64,000 nt of DNA, taken from the NCBI GenBank assembly GCA_965242865.1, contig CBDETK010000013.1, positions 5,024,001-5,088,000 of the forward strand, given 5' to 3'. The position numbers and the translations under genes were made by a program. Position 1 is the first letter of the stretch. The number at the start of each line of letters is the position of its first letter. Positions 40,221-48,847 of this stretch are shown in pieces. The stretch is from Candidatus Latescibacterota bacterium (GTDB lineage Bacteria > Latescibacterota > UBA2968 > UBA8231). The notes beneath the pieces were generated by a model that was not told the origin of the DNA, searched no databases, and saw only the letters and a program-made list of their open reading frames with translations.

Positions 40221-42286
40221 ACGCGCTGGCTCTCATCGGGGCGCTGGTGCTTTTGCACAGCGGCGATTTGCAAGGGCGTCAACGATTGACCGTCGGCCAA
40301 GACGGCCAGATTAGCTGGGAGGGGGCGGTCGCGGCCGGGGCCGCCGTGCAAACCATCGAGCCGGAGCACCGCTCCACGTTGGATCCCAACGTCACCGAGC
40401 TCGGGGTCGCGCCGGTTCGGCTCGTCGATTTTGCCAGCGCGGATTTTTCCGCCAGCATCCTGCCGCGCCGCGTGCAGGAGGGCCAGAACCTCGCCGCTGA
40501 AATCGCCGAGCGCGGCGGCAGCATCCGCGCCCCGACCGTTTTTGACCTCGCTGAGTCCCAGCTCCAAAGCATCCTCGCGCAGATCGTGTCGCCCGACCCC
40601 ACTGGCGTCGCCTTTGAGCGCAAGGGGCGCGATGTCCACGGCACCTTGCTCGTGCTCGATTTGGGGGCGCGCTTTGGCGTCAACCAAATTCGCTTCTTCC
40701 CGCGCAATACGGTCTTTCCGTCGCCCTCAACGCCCTTTCAGGAAGATTTTCTGAAAAACTTCGAGGTCCACGTGAACGACGGCCAAGTGCTGACCGAGGC
40801 TGGCAACCCGATTTGGGAGACCTTTGCGGTGCGGACCAACAACGCCGATCCGGTTTCTACCATAGAGATCGACCCGCCGCGCTTTTTGCGCTTCATCCGC
40901 CTGCGCGCGGCCTCCGCCATCCCCTTTGAGGTGGAAAAATTCCAAGTCTTCGGCGAGGGCTTTTTTCCCACCGTGCAGTACATTTCCCCGATCATCGACA
41001 TGGGTACGCCGGCCAACTGGGGGCGTTTGCGCTGGCTGGAGGAGACCGTGGGGCAGGCCAGTGCCGTGCAGATGGACCTCCGCACCCGCAGCGGCAGCGA
41101 CCCGTCGCCCTTTGCCTATACGCGCAAGCGCGTGGGCCGGCAAGACGCCGCAGAGATCGCGCTTTCGGTTGATGATCCCGATCTGCCGCTCTTGCGCGAC
41201 GAGTACCTCGACCTGCCGGCCAAGGGCGGCCCCGCCGATGTGTGGGAACGCGGGCCCGTGCGCGACGATTTGGCCCATTGGAGCCCGTGGACCTCGCCAT
41301 ACGATCCGGGCGCCGGCACGAGCCGCGAGGGCGCGTTGGTGCTGTCGCCCGGGCCGCGCCGCTACTTTCAGTTCCGGGTCGATTTTCAGTCCGACGATCT
41401 GGAGTCGGCCAAAGTCCTGCGGCAGTTTTCCTTTGACTTCACCACGCCGCCGTTGGCCGATGCGCTCGTCGGCGAGGTTTTTCCGCGCGAGGTGCCGGCG
41501 GCTGCGGACATTCCCTTTGTCTATGCCGTGCGCACCGAGATGGAGAGCGGGGATTTGCAGGGCTTTGACGGGTTTGAGCTGGTCACCGGCAGCCGCATCG
41601 ACCGCATTGAGCGCATTGAAATCATCGACGCGCAGGGCGAGTTCCTCCTCTCGCACGACTTTGCCGTGCAAGACGCAGTCGCCGACGAGGGCGACGTGGC
41701 GATCACCGAGATCGCGGAGCACCGCTTTGCGGTGCGCTTCCCGCACGTGGCGGCGCACAACACCGTGTTGAAAATTCACTTTGTCAGCCGCATCCTCTCG
41801 TACAGCACGGCTTTTGAGGGCCGGGGATTGCTGTTGCAGGAAGACGCCTTTCAGGGCGTCCAAGCGGGCGACGCCACCTCGCTAGACGAGGGCGATGTCT
41901 CGTTTAAGTCGGGCACGACCGTCTTGAGCCCGGCCGTCAACAGCGGCAGCCTCGTGGGCAGCTTTGACCTCGCCGCGTCCGTTATCACGCCCAATCGCGA
42001 CGGAATCAACGACGTTTTGGATATGGAGTGCGAGGTCCTCGCGGTCGGCGGCGGGGCGCAGATTGCGGTTGACATATACGACTTAGGGGGCCGCCGAGTG
42101 CGCCGCCTCTTCCACACCGAAGGGCAGAACGGCGTGTACAGCTCGGAAGACCTGCCCCAACTGCGGTGGGACGGGACCGACGATTGGGGTGCAAACGTGG
42201 CCCCGGGCCTCTATCTGGTCCAACTCAACATCGAAGGCGATGCGCGGGCGAGTGCGAGTACGCGTACCGTCGGCGTGGCGTACTAG
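40217..42286 (+). CDS. Secreted discoidin-like/FlgD-Ig domain protein (paralog 2), ends VGVAY
   Basis: LDLGARFGVNQIRFFPR, SPIIDMG..WG..W, RTRSG, WSPWT, SPGPRRYFQ, ITPNRDGIND, WDGTD..VAPGLY. Confidence 0.75.
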   Translation: MNALALIGALVLLHSGDLQGRQRLTVGQDGQISWEGAVAAGAAVQTIEPEHRSTLDPNVTELGVAPVRLVDFASADFSASILPRRVQEGQNLAAEIAERGGSIRAPTVFDLAESQLQSILAQIVSPDPTGVAFERKGRDVHGTLLVLDLGARFGVNQIRFFPRNTVFPSPSTPFQEDFLKNFEVHVNDGQVLTEAGNPIWETFAVRTNNADPVSTIEIDPPRFLRFIRLRAASAIPFEVEKFQVFGEGFFPTVQYISPIIDMGTPANWGRLRWLEETVGQASAVQMDLRTRSGSDPSPFAYTRKRVGRQDAAEIALSVDDPDLPLLRDEYLDLPAKGGPADVWERGPVRDDLAHWSPWTSPYDPGAGTSREGALVLSPGPRRYFQFRVDFQSDDLESAKVLRQFSFDFTTPPLADALVGEVFPREVPAAADIPFVYAVRTEMESGDLQGFDGFELVTGSRIDRIERIEIIDAQGEFLLSHDFAVQDAVADEGDVAITEIAEHRFAVRFPHVAAHNTVLKIHFVSRILSYSTAFEGRGLLLQEDAFQGVQAGDATSLDEGDVSFKSGTTVLSPAVNSGSLVGSFDLAASVITPNRDGINDVLDMECEVLAVGGGAQIAVDIYDLGGRRVRRLFHTEGQNGVYSSEDLPQLRWDGTDDWGANVAPGLYLVQLNIEGDARASASTRTVGVAY

Positions 42287-42313
42287 CGTTATGGGAAAAT
42301 CTCTTTGAGATAA

Positions 42314-42454
42314 GAAGCGTTCTTAAAACTCATGTTGATTTTGGCTCGTCTTACCTGACGCCTCTAGAGGTCATTCCCGCAAAAGAACGTCACCCCGTGC
42401 TCCGACACGGGGCGGGAATCCAGCAAAGGACCAAGCCGAATCAGAAACTGAAAC
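42314..42454. mobile_element. Second, right-truncated copy of the MITE with a nested hairpin insertion
   Basis: TAA-GAAGCGTTCTTAAAACTCATGTTG...GGTCATTCCCGC[AAAAGAACGTCACCCCGTGCTCCGACACGGG]GCGGGAATCCAGCAAAGGACCAAGCCGAATCAGA matches the 30427 element; the right TIR is absent. Confidence 0.8.
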
Positions 42455-42470
42455 GATTTGGAGCGATGTC

Positions 42471-43286
42471 GTGGGAAACATTTCTAAAAAGAAGGCAATC
42501 CAAGTATTAGTTGAATCGGCAGTCAAAAACTACGCCGCCGGCTTTAGATGCCGCCACGAAAGCGAGGTTGACAATCCGAACGGAGTTATCAATATGAAGG
42601 TTCATAATGTATTCATTGAGGCACTTGGTACAGATATTCAGTATTATGCTTCACTCGTTCGTTCCTTAGATAGTTCACTTGGAAACATGATTGAAGATCT
42701 AGCGATAAGTATCGCCAAATTTTCTTTTGAAGTTAGGCAAAATGTAGAAGGACCGCTTAGTAATGACCAAATCGGAACAATCGCCAAACTCTTGGAATCG
42801 TACAAAAGCAGGGAAAAGACGCCTAGCGTCCAAGACTACCAAGTTCTCAGAAATTCAGGTGTTGTCGCACAGGATACTAGACAACACGCCTCAGACTATT
42901 ATCTGATTGATACCAAAACAAACAGTCATTATCTCATTGAATTAAAAATTGGCGGTGATTTGGACAACAAGAAAGATCGGTCAGAGAAAGAGGCAATTCT
43001 AGAGCAGTTCTCGATCCTTTCTAACATACTACCATCTGACAGTAAAATACGAGTGCTTTTTGCGACCGCCTATAACCGATTTGGCGAGGGGAAGCCTTGG
43101 CAACAACAGCGTGTGCGACAATTCTTCGCAGACGATGAATTGCTGATTGGACGAGATTTTTGGAACTTCATCTGTCAAGGTTGCTCAGGGTACGATTGGG
43201 TTATGGAAGCGTATCGCTCCAACGCATCTCACATTAGCAAGGCGTTGGACTCCATCAAGAACACCTATCTAGGAGGTCATACATGA
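42471..43286 (+). CDS. Type II restriction endonuclease, TdeIII-like family
   Basis: RSLDSSLG, SDYYL..LIELKIGGDLDNKK (PD-(D/E)xK-type), ATAYN..DELLIGRDFWNFIC; low GC; ATGA overlap with the MTase. Confidence 0.75.
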   Translation: MGNISKKKAIQVLVESAVKNYAAGFRCRHESEVDNPNGVINMKVHNVFIEALGTDIQYYASLVRSLDSSLGNMIEDLAISIAKFSFEVRQNVEGPLSNDQIGTIAKLLESYKSREKTPSVQDYQVLRNSGVVAQDTRQHASDYYLIDTKTNSHYLIELKIGGDLDNKKDRSEKEAILEQFSILSNILPSDSKIRVLFATAYNRFGEGKPWQQQRVRQFFADDELLIGRDFWNFICQGCSGYDWVMEAYRSNASHISKALDSIKNTYLGGHT

Positions 43287-44059
43287 AAAAGAATTGTTGG
43301 ACCCATTGGGCGGACAGTTGCGATTATATCAAATACATTCCCGATAACTCCGTAGATTTGATACTGACCGATCCGCCCTATAACTTGAGTCCTTATTCTA
43401 CGGGGAACATAAAGTTTTCTTGGCGCGAGGACTTAAACAACGACTTGGCTCAATGGGATAAAAAAGAGTTTGTGCCGAGCGATTGGGTTGAAGGATTTAA
43501 GCGAATACTAGCACCGACGGGAAATATTTTTGCCTTCACCAGTTACAATCTACTCGGTAAATGGCACGAAGCGTTTGATCCTGAGTTCAACACGTTTCAA
43601 TTCATGGTCTGGCACAAGACCAATCCGCCACCGAAGGTTCGCCGCGCTGGTTTCCTCAACAGTTGCGAACTGATTGTCTGTATGTGGAACAAAAATCACA
43701 CTTGGAATTTCACCAAGCAAAGCGAAATGCACAATTTCATTGAAACCCCTATCTGTATGGGTGCCGAGCGCTTGAAAAATCCCAAGCATCCGACGCAGAA
43801 GCCGGTGAAGGTTTTGGAGCACATCATACAACTGGCGTCAAATCCCGACGACCTCGTATTCGACCCATTTATGGGCGTGGGTTCAACCGGAGTTGCGGCG
43901 TTAAATCTGGGAAGGGAGTTTGTGGGGGTTGAAATTGACCAAGACTACTTTGCTGCGGCCGAAAACAGGTTGCAGCAACAGATCGGCCAACTTGGCTTTG
44001 ACTTTGAGATGGTCGCCGATGTGTCGGAATCGTATAAGGCCGCCGGCATTAGGGCGTAA
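43283..44059 (+). CDS. Site-specific DNA methyltransferase, N6-A/N4-C beta class
   Basis: DLILTDPPYNL precedes HPTQKP and DPFMGVGSTG (beta motif order). Confidence 0.92.
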   Translation: MKKNCWTHWADSCDYIKYIPDNSVDLILTDPPYNLSPYSTGNIKFSWREDLNNDLAQWDKKEFVPSDWVEGFKRILAPTGNIFAFTSYNLLGKWHEAFDPEFNTFQFMVWHKTNPPPKVRRAGFLNSCELIVCMWNKNHTWNFTKQSEMHNFIETPICMGAERLKNPKHPTQKPVKVLEHIIQLASNPDDLVFDPFMGVGSTGVAALNLGREFVGVEIDQDYFAAAENRLQQQIGQLGFDFEMVADVSESYKAAGIRA

Positions 44060-44081
44060 GTAGCAATAGAGGAGAAAGATC

Positions 44082-46100
44082 GTGTTAAAGCGAATGTTGT
44101 TGAACGGAGTGCTCGCCGCTTGTTGTGCCAGCGCGGCTTGGGGGCGGGCCGAGTTTCACATCGGCGGGCCGACCGGCGCTTCTTGGCAGGGGCTGATCGC
44201 GGCCGAGCAGACCGAGTACCACATCATCGACGGCCAAGGCGCGGTCTTGGGGACGCTGCCCATCGCCATCGGCGCAGAGGAAGCCGGGGCCGACACCATG
44301 ATCGCCTACGACGACAACGCCATCCGGCCGATCTGGGTCGATCCAGCGGTCAACCTCGCGTTGGACGCGAACTTGGCCGAGCGCGGCGGCAACCTCTACA
44401 CGAGCGTCTCGGTCGGCTATACCCGCGAAGCGGCCAAAGAGGTCCAAGTGATGATCGACGGCGACCCAGAAACCGCGACCTTGCGGCAGGTCGATATTTC
44501 GCCGCGGCTGGCCGGCCTCAACATCGGGTACGTAAAAAACACGGTCGTCAACCTCGGGGCCGAGATGCCGATCAACCGCATTCGCTTTTATCCGCGCCCA
44601 GGCTTTGAGGAAAACTACTTGGCGTGGTACGAAATCGGCGTGGCCGACAACTCCGCGCCCTTTATTGCCTCGCCCCAAGAGCGCGCCCCGGGCAAGCGCT
44701 GGTATCACGACATCAGCCGCTCGCTCTCTTCGGCCAACGACCCGGAATTTGACATCCTAGAGCGCAACGTCGAAAACCTCGACTCGGTCGTGGATTTGCA
44801 CTTTCTCACGCGCGACTTGCGCTGGGTCGCCATCCGCCCAATCAACCCGGAGCGCACTTGGGAAATCGCCGAAATGGAGGTGTACGGCGAAGGCTTCGTC
44901 TCCAAGACCTCCTATCGCACCGGCGTGTTGGACTTTGGCCGCCCGGTCGCGTGGAGCAAAATTCGCTGGCAGGGCGCGGTGCCCGAAGGCACGCGGCTCG
45001 CGTTGCGCTCGCGCACCGGCAGCACGCCCCAGCCCAATCTGTTTTGGAAAATCGGCAGCACCGGCAACTTTGAGCGGGTGTCCAAAGACGAGTACACCAC
45101 GACCTACCAAGTGGGCCGGTTCGACCAGATCCAAAAGACCTACGACGTGGAAAACTGGAGCTTCTGGTCGACGCCCTACGACTTTGCGGCCGGCCAACGC
45201 CAGCCAGCGGCCACGAGTTGGGAGGACGGAACCCCCCTGCTTTCGCCCGGCCCCAGCCGCTACTTGCAGCTAGAGGTGGTCATGTTTTCCGACGGGGACC
45301 GCGCGCCGCACATCGACGAGCTGGCCCTGCTGTTTGCCGAAAACCCGGCGGCCCAAAGCGTGATCGCCGAAATTTGGCCGGTTGAGACCGAGAACTTTGA
45401 GCCGCAGACCTTCACGTACGTAGTGCGGCCCGTGCTCGAAGAAGGCGACCGGGGCTTTGACCGGCTGGAGATTTTTACCCAAGTCCCGGCCGAAGCCGTG
45501 CATTCGGTCGCGATTGATGGTCGGGAAATCATGGACCGCTTCCCGCCCCAAATCGAGGAAGACCGGGTCGTCATTGGCTTTGAGCCGTTTGTCGCGCCGC
45601 GCGACAACGAGCGCCGCATTGAGGTGGTGTTCGACGCCAAGGTGCTGCGCTTTGGCGCGGAATTTACCGGCTGGGTGTACGACAGCACCGAGCCCGAACT
45701 CAAGCAGCAAGTCCGGCCCGGCAACTCGACGTTCCGCTTTGCCGGCGATGTCCTGTCGGTGCGCACGCCCGTCGGCGGCGAACTCGTGCGAAAAGTCTTT
45801 GCCCAGCCCGCGACGCTGACGCCCAATGGCGACGGGATCAACGATCAGACCACGATTTCGTACGATCTGCGCAACATCGGCGTGCCGCGCCAGATCGCGT
45901 TGCGGGTCTTTGACTTATCCGGCCGGCTGGTGCGCGAGGTCATCTCCACGCCCGCCGTTAGCGGCAGCTTTGCGGCGGTGTGGGACGGCCGGCGCACCGA
46001 GGGCGGCCTAGTGGCCCCGGGCGTGTACCTCTACCAAGTGGATCTAACCACCGACCAGGGCCTGTCGGCCGCGGCCGGCACCGTAGCGGTGGCCTACTGA
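44082..46100 (+). CDS. Secreted discoidin-like/FlgD-Ig domain protein (paralog 3), ends VAVAY
   Basis: Signal peptide, IDGDPET, INRIRFYPR, RSRTG, WSFWS, SPGPSRYLQ, LTPNGDGIND, WDGRR..VAPGVY. Confidence 0.75.
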   Translation: MLKRMLLNGVLAACCASAAWGRAEFHIGGPTGASWQGLIAAEQTEYHIIDGQGAVLGTLPIAIGAEEAGADTMIAYDDNAIRPIWVDPAVNLALDANLAERGGNLYTSVSVGYTREAAKEVQVMIDGDPETATLRQVDISPRLAGLNIGYVKNTVVNLGAEMPINRIRFYPRPGFEENYLAWYEIGVADNSAPFIASPQERAPGKRWYHDISRSLSSANDPEFDILERNVENLDSVVDLHFLTRDLRWVAIRPINPERTWEIAEMEVYGEGFVSKTSYRTGVLDFGRPVAWSKIRWQGAVPEGTRLALRSRTGSTPQPNLFWKIGSTGNFERVSKDEYTTTYQVGRFDQIQKTYDVENWSFWSTPYDFAAGQRQPAATSWEDGTPLLSPGPSRYLQLEVVMFSDGDRAPHIDELALLFAENPAAQSVIAEIWPVETENFEPQTFTYVVRPVLEEGDRGFDRLEIFTQVPAEAVHSVAIDGREIMDRFPPQIEEDRVVIGFEPFVAPRDNERRIEVVFDAKVLRFGAEFTGWVYDSTEPELKQQVRPGNSTFRFAGDVLSVRTPVGGELVRKVFAQPATLTPNGDGINDQTTISYDLRNIGVPRQIALRVFDLSGRLVREVISTPAVSGSFAAVWDGRRTEGGLVAPGVYLYQVDLTTDQGLSAAAGTVAVAY

Positions 46101-46101
46101 G

Positions 46102-48714
46102 ATGGCAAGAACGGCACAACGCATCTTCAAGGGCACCCTGATTTTGTGGGCCGTGAGCGGCGGTGCGGCCGCCGCCCAAATCGGGTTGCCCGCGCTGGCA
46201 GCCCCGGGCGCGGAGGCCCTCGACCCAGCCGTGCGCCGCTGGTACGTGCCCCAAGAGCTAATCGCCGAGCATCACTGGCGGCAGTGGAGCGCGACCAACT
46301 ACGCCCGCGCTCCCTATCAGCGGTACGTCAGTGCCAACATCGAGGGGGATTACTTCTACGACGCCTTTGGCAATTTCCTCAATCAGGGCTGGCTGATATA
46401 CAACGTGTCGCAGGCCAATCCCGAGGAATTTGGCACGGTGTTGTTCGAGTCCCCGCGCTTCCGCAACTGGTTTTCCGAGGTCGCGGTGGCGTCCGAGCAA
46501 AAGGGGCAATACGCGTACGCGCTGACCATCAGCAGCGACCTCCGCACCACCCTGACGCCCATGGTGCTGTCCAAGCCGCGCCTCGACGGCGTGCAGCTCG
46601 ACTTTGCCATGGATAAGTACCGGGGCACGTTCCTGTACGCGCAGGCCAGCGCCCCGCGCGGCATCACCACGCAAGAGCTGCGCCGCACCAATTCCACCAC
46701 CCTGATCGGGGGGCGCTTTGAGGTGCAAATCGGCGATTTTGTCGAGCTCGGCGTCCACACCGCCAACGCCCACCAAGCCAATTCCCTGTCCGAAGAGGCC
46801 CTGTTGAGCAACTGGGTCACCGGCTCGCTGACCCAAGGCCAGAACCAGACCATCTCCCGCATTGAAATCGCCCTGCGCGACGATTCGCCCGACGACGGCG
46901 TGGGCGGCGCGGCGTACTTTCCGGCAGGCTCAGACATCTTCATCACCTATCGGGATGGCCGCGTGGATTCGGGCCGCGAAATCCGCTTTGAGCCGGTGGT
47001 GGAAGGGGGCGCGCCCAGCCCGGGCTTTATCGAGGCCAACGGCGACGACGAGATCCGCCTGCGCTACGACTTTGACAGCGCGCACTTCATCAACCGCGCC
47101 GCAGCCGACAAGACCGAGATCGTCAAGGTGGAATTCCGGCTGGTGGTGGCCAACGACTATCAGGTCTGGATGACCTCGGACCAGCAGACCAGCGCGGGCG
47201 AGCCCGTGCTCCTGCTGGTGACGCAAGCGCCGGGCAACATCCGCGACTTGTCCAATTTGCGCGTCGTCAGCTTTGAGGCTGGGCTGCCGACCGCGACCCA
47301 CATCCTCGGCGGTACGGTGACGGCCAGCGACGTGCTGGGCTTTGACCTGTACGGCGAGTACGACCTCAACTGGAACTACCGCAAATACCCCAACATCCTC
47401 GTCGAAAAACACCAGACCTCGGCCGGCATTGTCGGCGCGCGCAGCGCCCCGGCCTATATGCTCAATCTGTCGCGCCAGTGGTCTCGCTTTTTCCTCTACG
47501 GCGAAGCCTATCGCATTGACCCGCGCTACAACACCCAAACGTTTGTCACCCAAGACGACGGTAGCATCGACTACCAAAATGACCGCAGCCTCCTAGATCT
47601 GGTGGAGGACAACGACGATCAAGACCGGGTGCCAGACGCCTTTCGGGCGGACTGGGCCTTCCCCGACCGCCAAGTCTTTCCGGGCTGGGACCAAAACAAC
47701 GACTTCGTACCCGACATCAACCAAAACGACAGCCGAGTGCGGACCAACTCGATCCCGGATTACGAAGAGCCGTTCCTGCGCTTTGCGGTCGACCGGCCCG
47801 AATTCCTCTTTGGCGTGGACATGAACAACAACTTCTGGACCGACCAATACGAAAACGACCAAGAGCCAGACTATCCCTACCCGCGCGACCGCCGCGGCTA
47901 CAATGCGTACGTGGGCACCTCCTTGACGCCGCAACTCAAGGTCGTCGCGGGGCTCCTGCGCGAGAACCGCATCTCTTCCAACCAGCACAACCACAGCATC
48001 TATGCACTCGTGCGGTTCGACCGGAGTTGGCCCGGCTACGGCGACTTGCGCCTGTTTGGCATGACCAAGCGCGTGGAGGACGACATTGCCGACCCGCTCT
48101 TGCAGTGGGCGCCCGACAACACCCTGCGCCTCGGCACGTTGACCGCGATCGACGATCCGCTGCTCGCCCGCGACACTTGGATCAGCCAGCTCTTTCTCGG
48201 CCATCAGGTGCGCGCTTTTTCCCTAAACCTACAGAGCAAGGTCAACTACGCGGTTTTTCGCCAACTCATGGACGCCGAGCGTCGGCAGCAGTGGGGGCTC
48301 GCCGCGGCGGATTTCTTTTTCGGATTGATCAACAAGGCCCACTACCGCCACGCGCTCGGCCCCTTCTATGTGGAGCCGCGCTGGAAGAGCGAGTTCATCA
48401 AGCAGAGCCGCGACCTGTTCACGGACGAGCGCCGGACGACGCTGGCCGAGCTCGTCTCAGTGCTGGCCGGCATCGATGTTTTGGAGGTCACCAAGCTGCA
48501 AGTGGGCTTGGAGTACCTGTTCTTCAACGACTTTGAGGTTGAAGCCAACGATTTCACCGCGCTGACCGGCGGCATTCAGTTCAAGAACGAATCGGCCTAC
48601 CAAGGCTACAAGCTCCAGACCGTGCTGGGGCTGGTGCTAGAGCGCAAGAATTTCAAGGACGCTCCATCGCGCACCGAGACCCAATCGTTCATCGCGGTTT
48701 ACGCGGGGATTTAA
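46102..48714 (+). CDS. Uncharacterised 870-aa exported putative beta-barrel (paralog B of 35625-38282)
   Basis: Shares LDPAVRRWYVPQEL, EGDYFYD, PGWDQNNDFVPDINQND, PDYEEPFLRF and LLQWAPDNTLR with paralog A; ends FIAVYAGI. Confidence 0.6.
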   Translation: MARTAQRIFKGTLILWAVSGGAAAAQIGLPALAAPGAEALDPAVRRWYVPQELIAEHHWRQWSATNYARAPYQRYVSANIEGDYFYDAFGNFLNQGWLIYNVSQANPEEFGTVLFESPRFRNWFSEVAVASEQKGQYAYALTISSDLRTTLTPMVLSKPRLDGVQLDFAMDKYRGTFLYAQASAPRGITTQELRRTNSTTLIGGRFEVQIGDFVELGVHTANAHQANSLSEEALLSNWVTGSLTQGQNQTISRIEIALRDDSPDDGVGGAAYFPAGSDIFITYRDGRVDSGREIRFEPVVEGGAPSPGFIEANGDDEIRLRYDFDSAHFINRAAADKTEIVKVEFRLVVANDYQVWMTSDQQTSAGEPVLLLVTQAPGNIRDLSNLRVVSFEAGLPTATHILGGTVTASDVLGFDLYGEYDLNWNYRKYPNILVEKHQTSAGIVGARSAPAYMLNLSRQWSRFFLYGEAYRIDPRYNTQTFVTQDDGSIDYQNDRSLLDLVEDNDDQDRVPDAFRADWAFPDRQVFPGWDQNNDFVPDINQNDSRVRTNSIPDYEEPFLRFAVDRPEFLFGVDMNNNFWTDQYENDQEPDYPYPRDRRGYNAYVGTSLTPQLKVVAGLLRENRISSNQHNHSIYALVRFDRSWPGYGDLRLFGMTKRVEDDIADPLLQWAPDNTLRLGTLTAIDDPLLARDTWISQLFLGHQVRAFSLNLQSKVNYAVFRQLMDAERRQQWGLAAADFFFGLINKAHYRHALGPFYVEPRWKSEFIKQSRDLFTDERRTTLAELVSVLAGIDVLEVTKLQVGLEYLFFNDFEVEANDFTALTGGIQFKNESAYQGYKLQTVLGLVLERKNFKDAPSRTETQSFIAVYAGI

Positions 48715-48722
48715 GCCTTGAC

Positions 48723-48752
48723 TTGACGGGTACTTTTGAGGGCGCGTATATT
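48723..48752 (+). promoter_or_regulatory. Candidate sigma70 promoter
   Basis: TTGACG-N18-TATATT about 95 nt upstream of ATG 48848. Confidence 0.45.
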
Positions 48753-48847
48753 GAGCACTTATCGCATTGCAGAACCGAGAAGGGCAGGCGGCCAAGGAGC
48801 CGCCCCTTCTACTCATTTCACCCCTATTTCGTGGAGGTAGTTTCACC

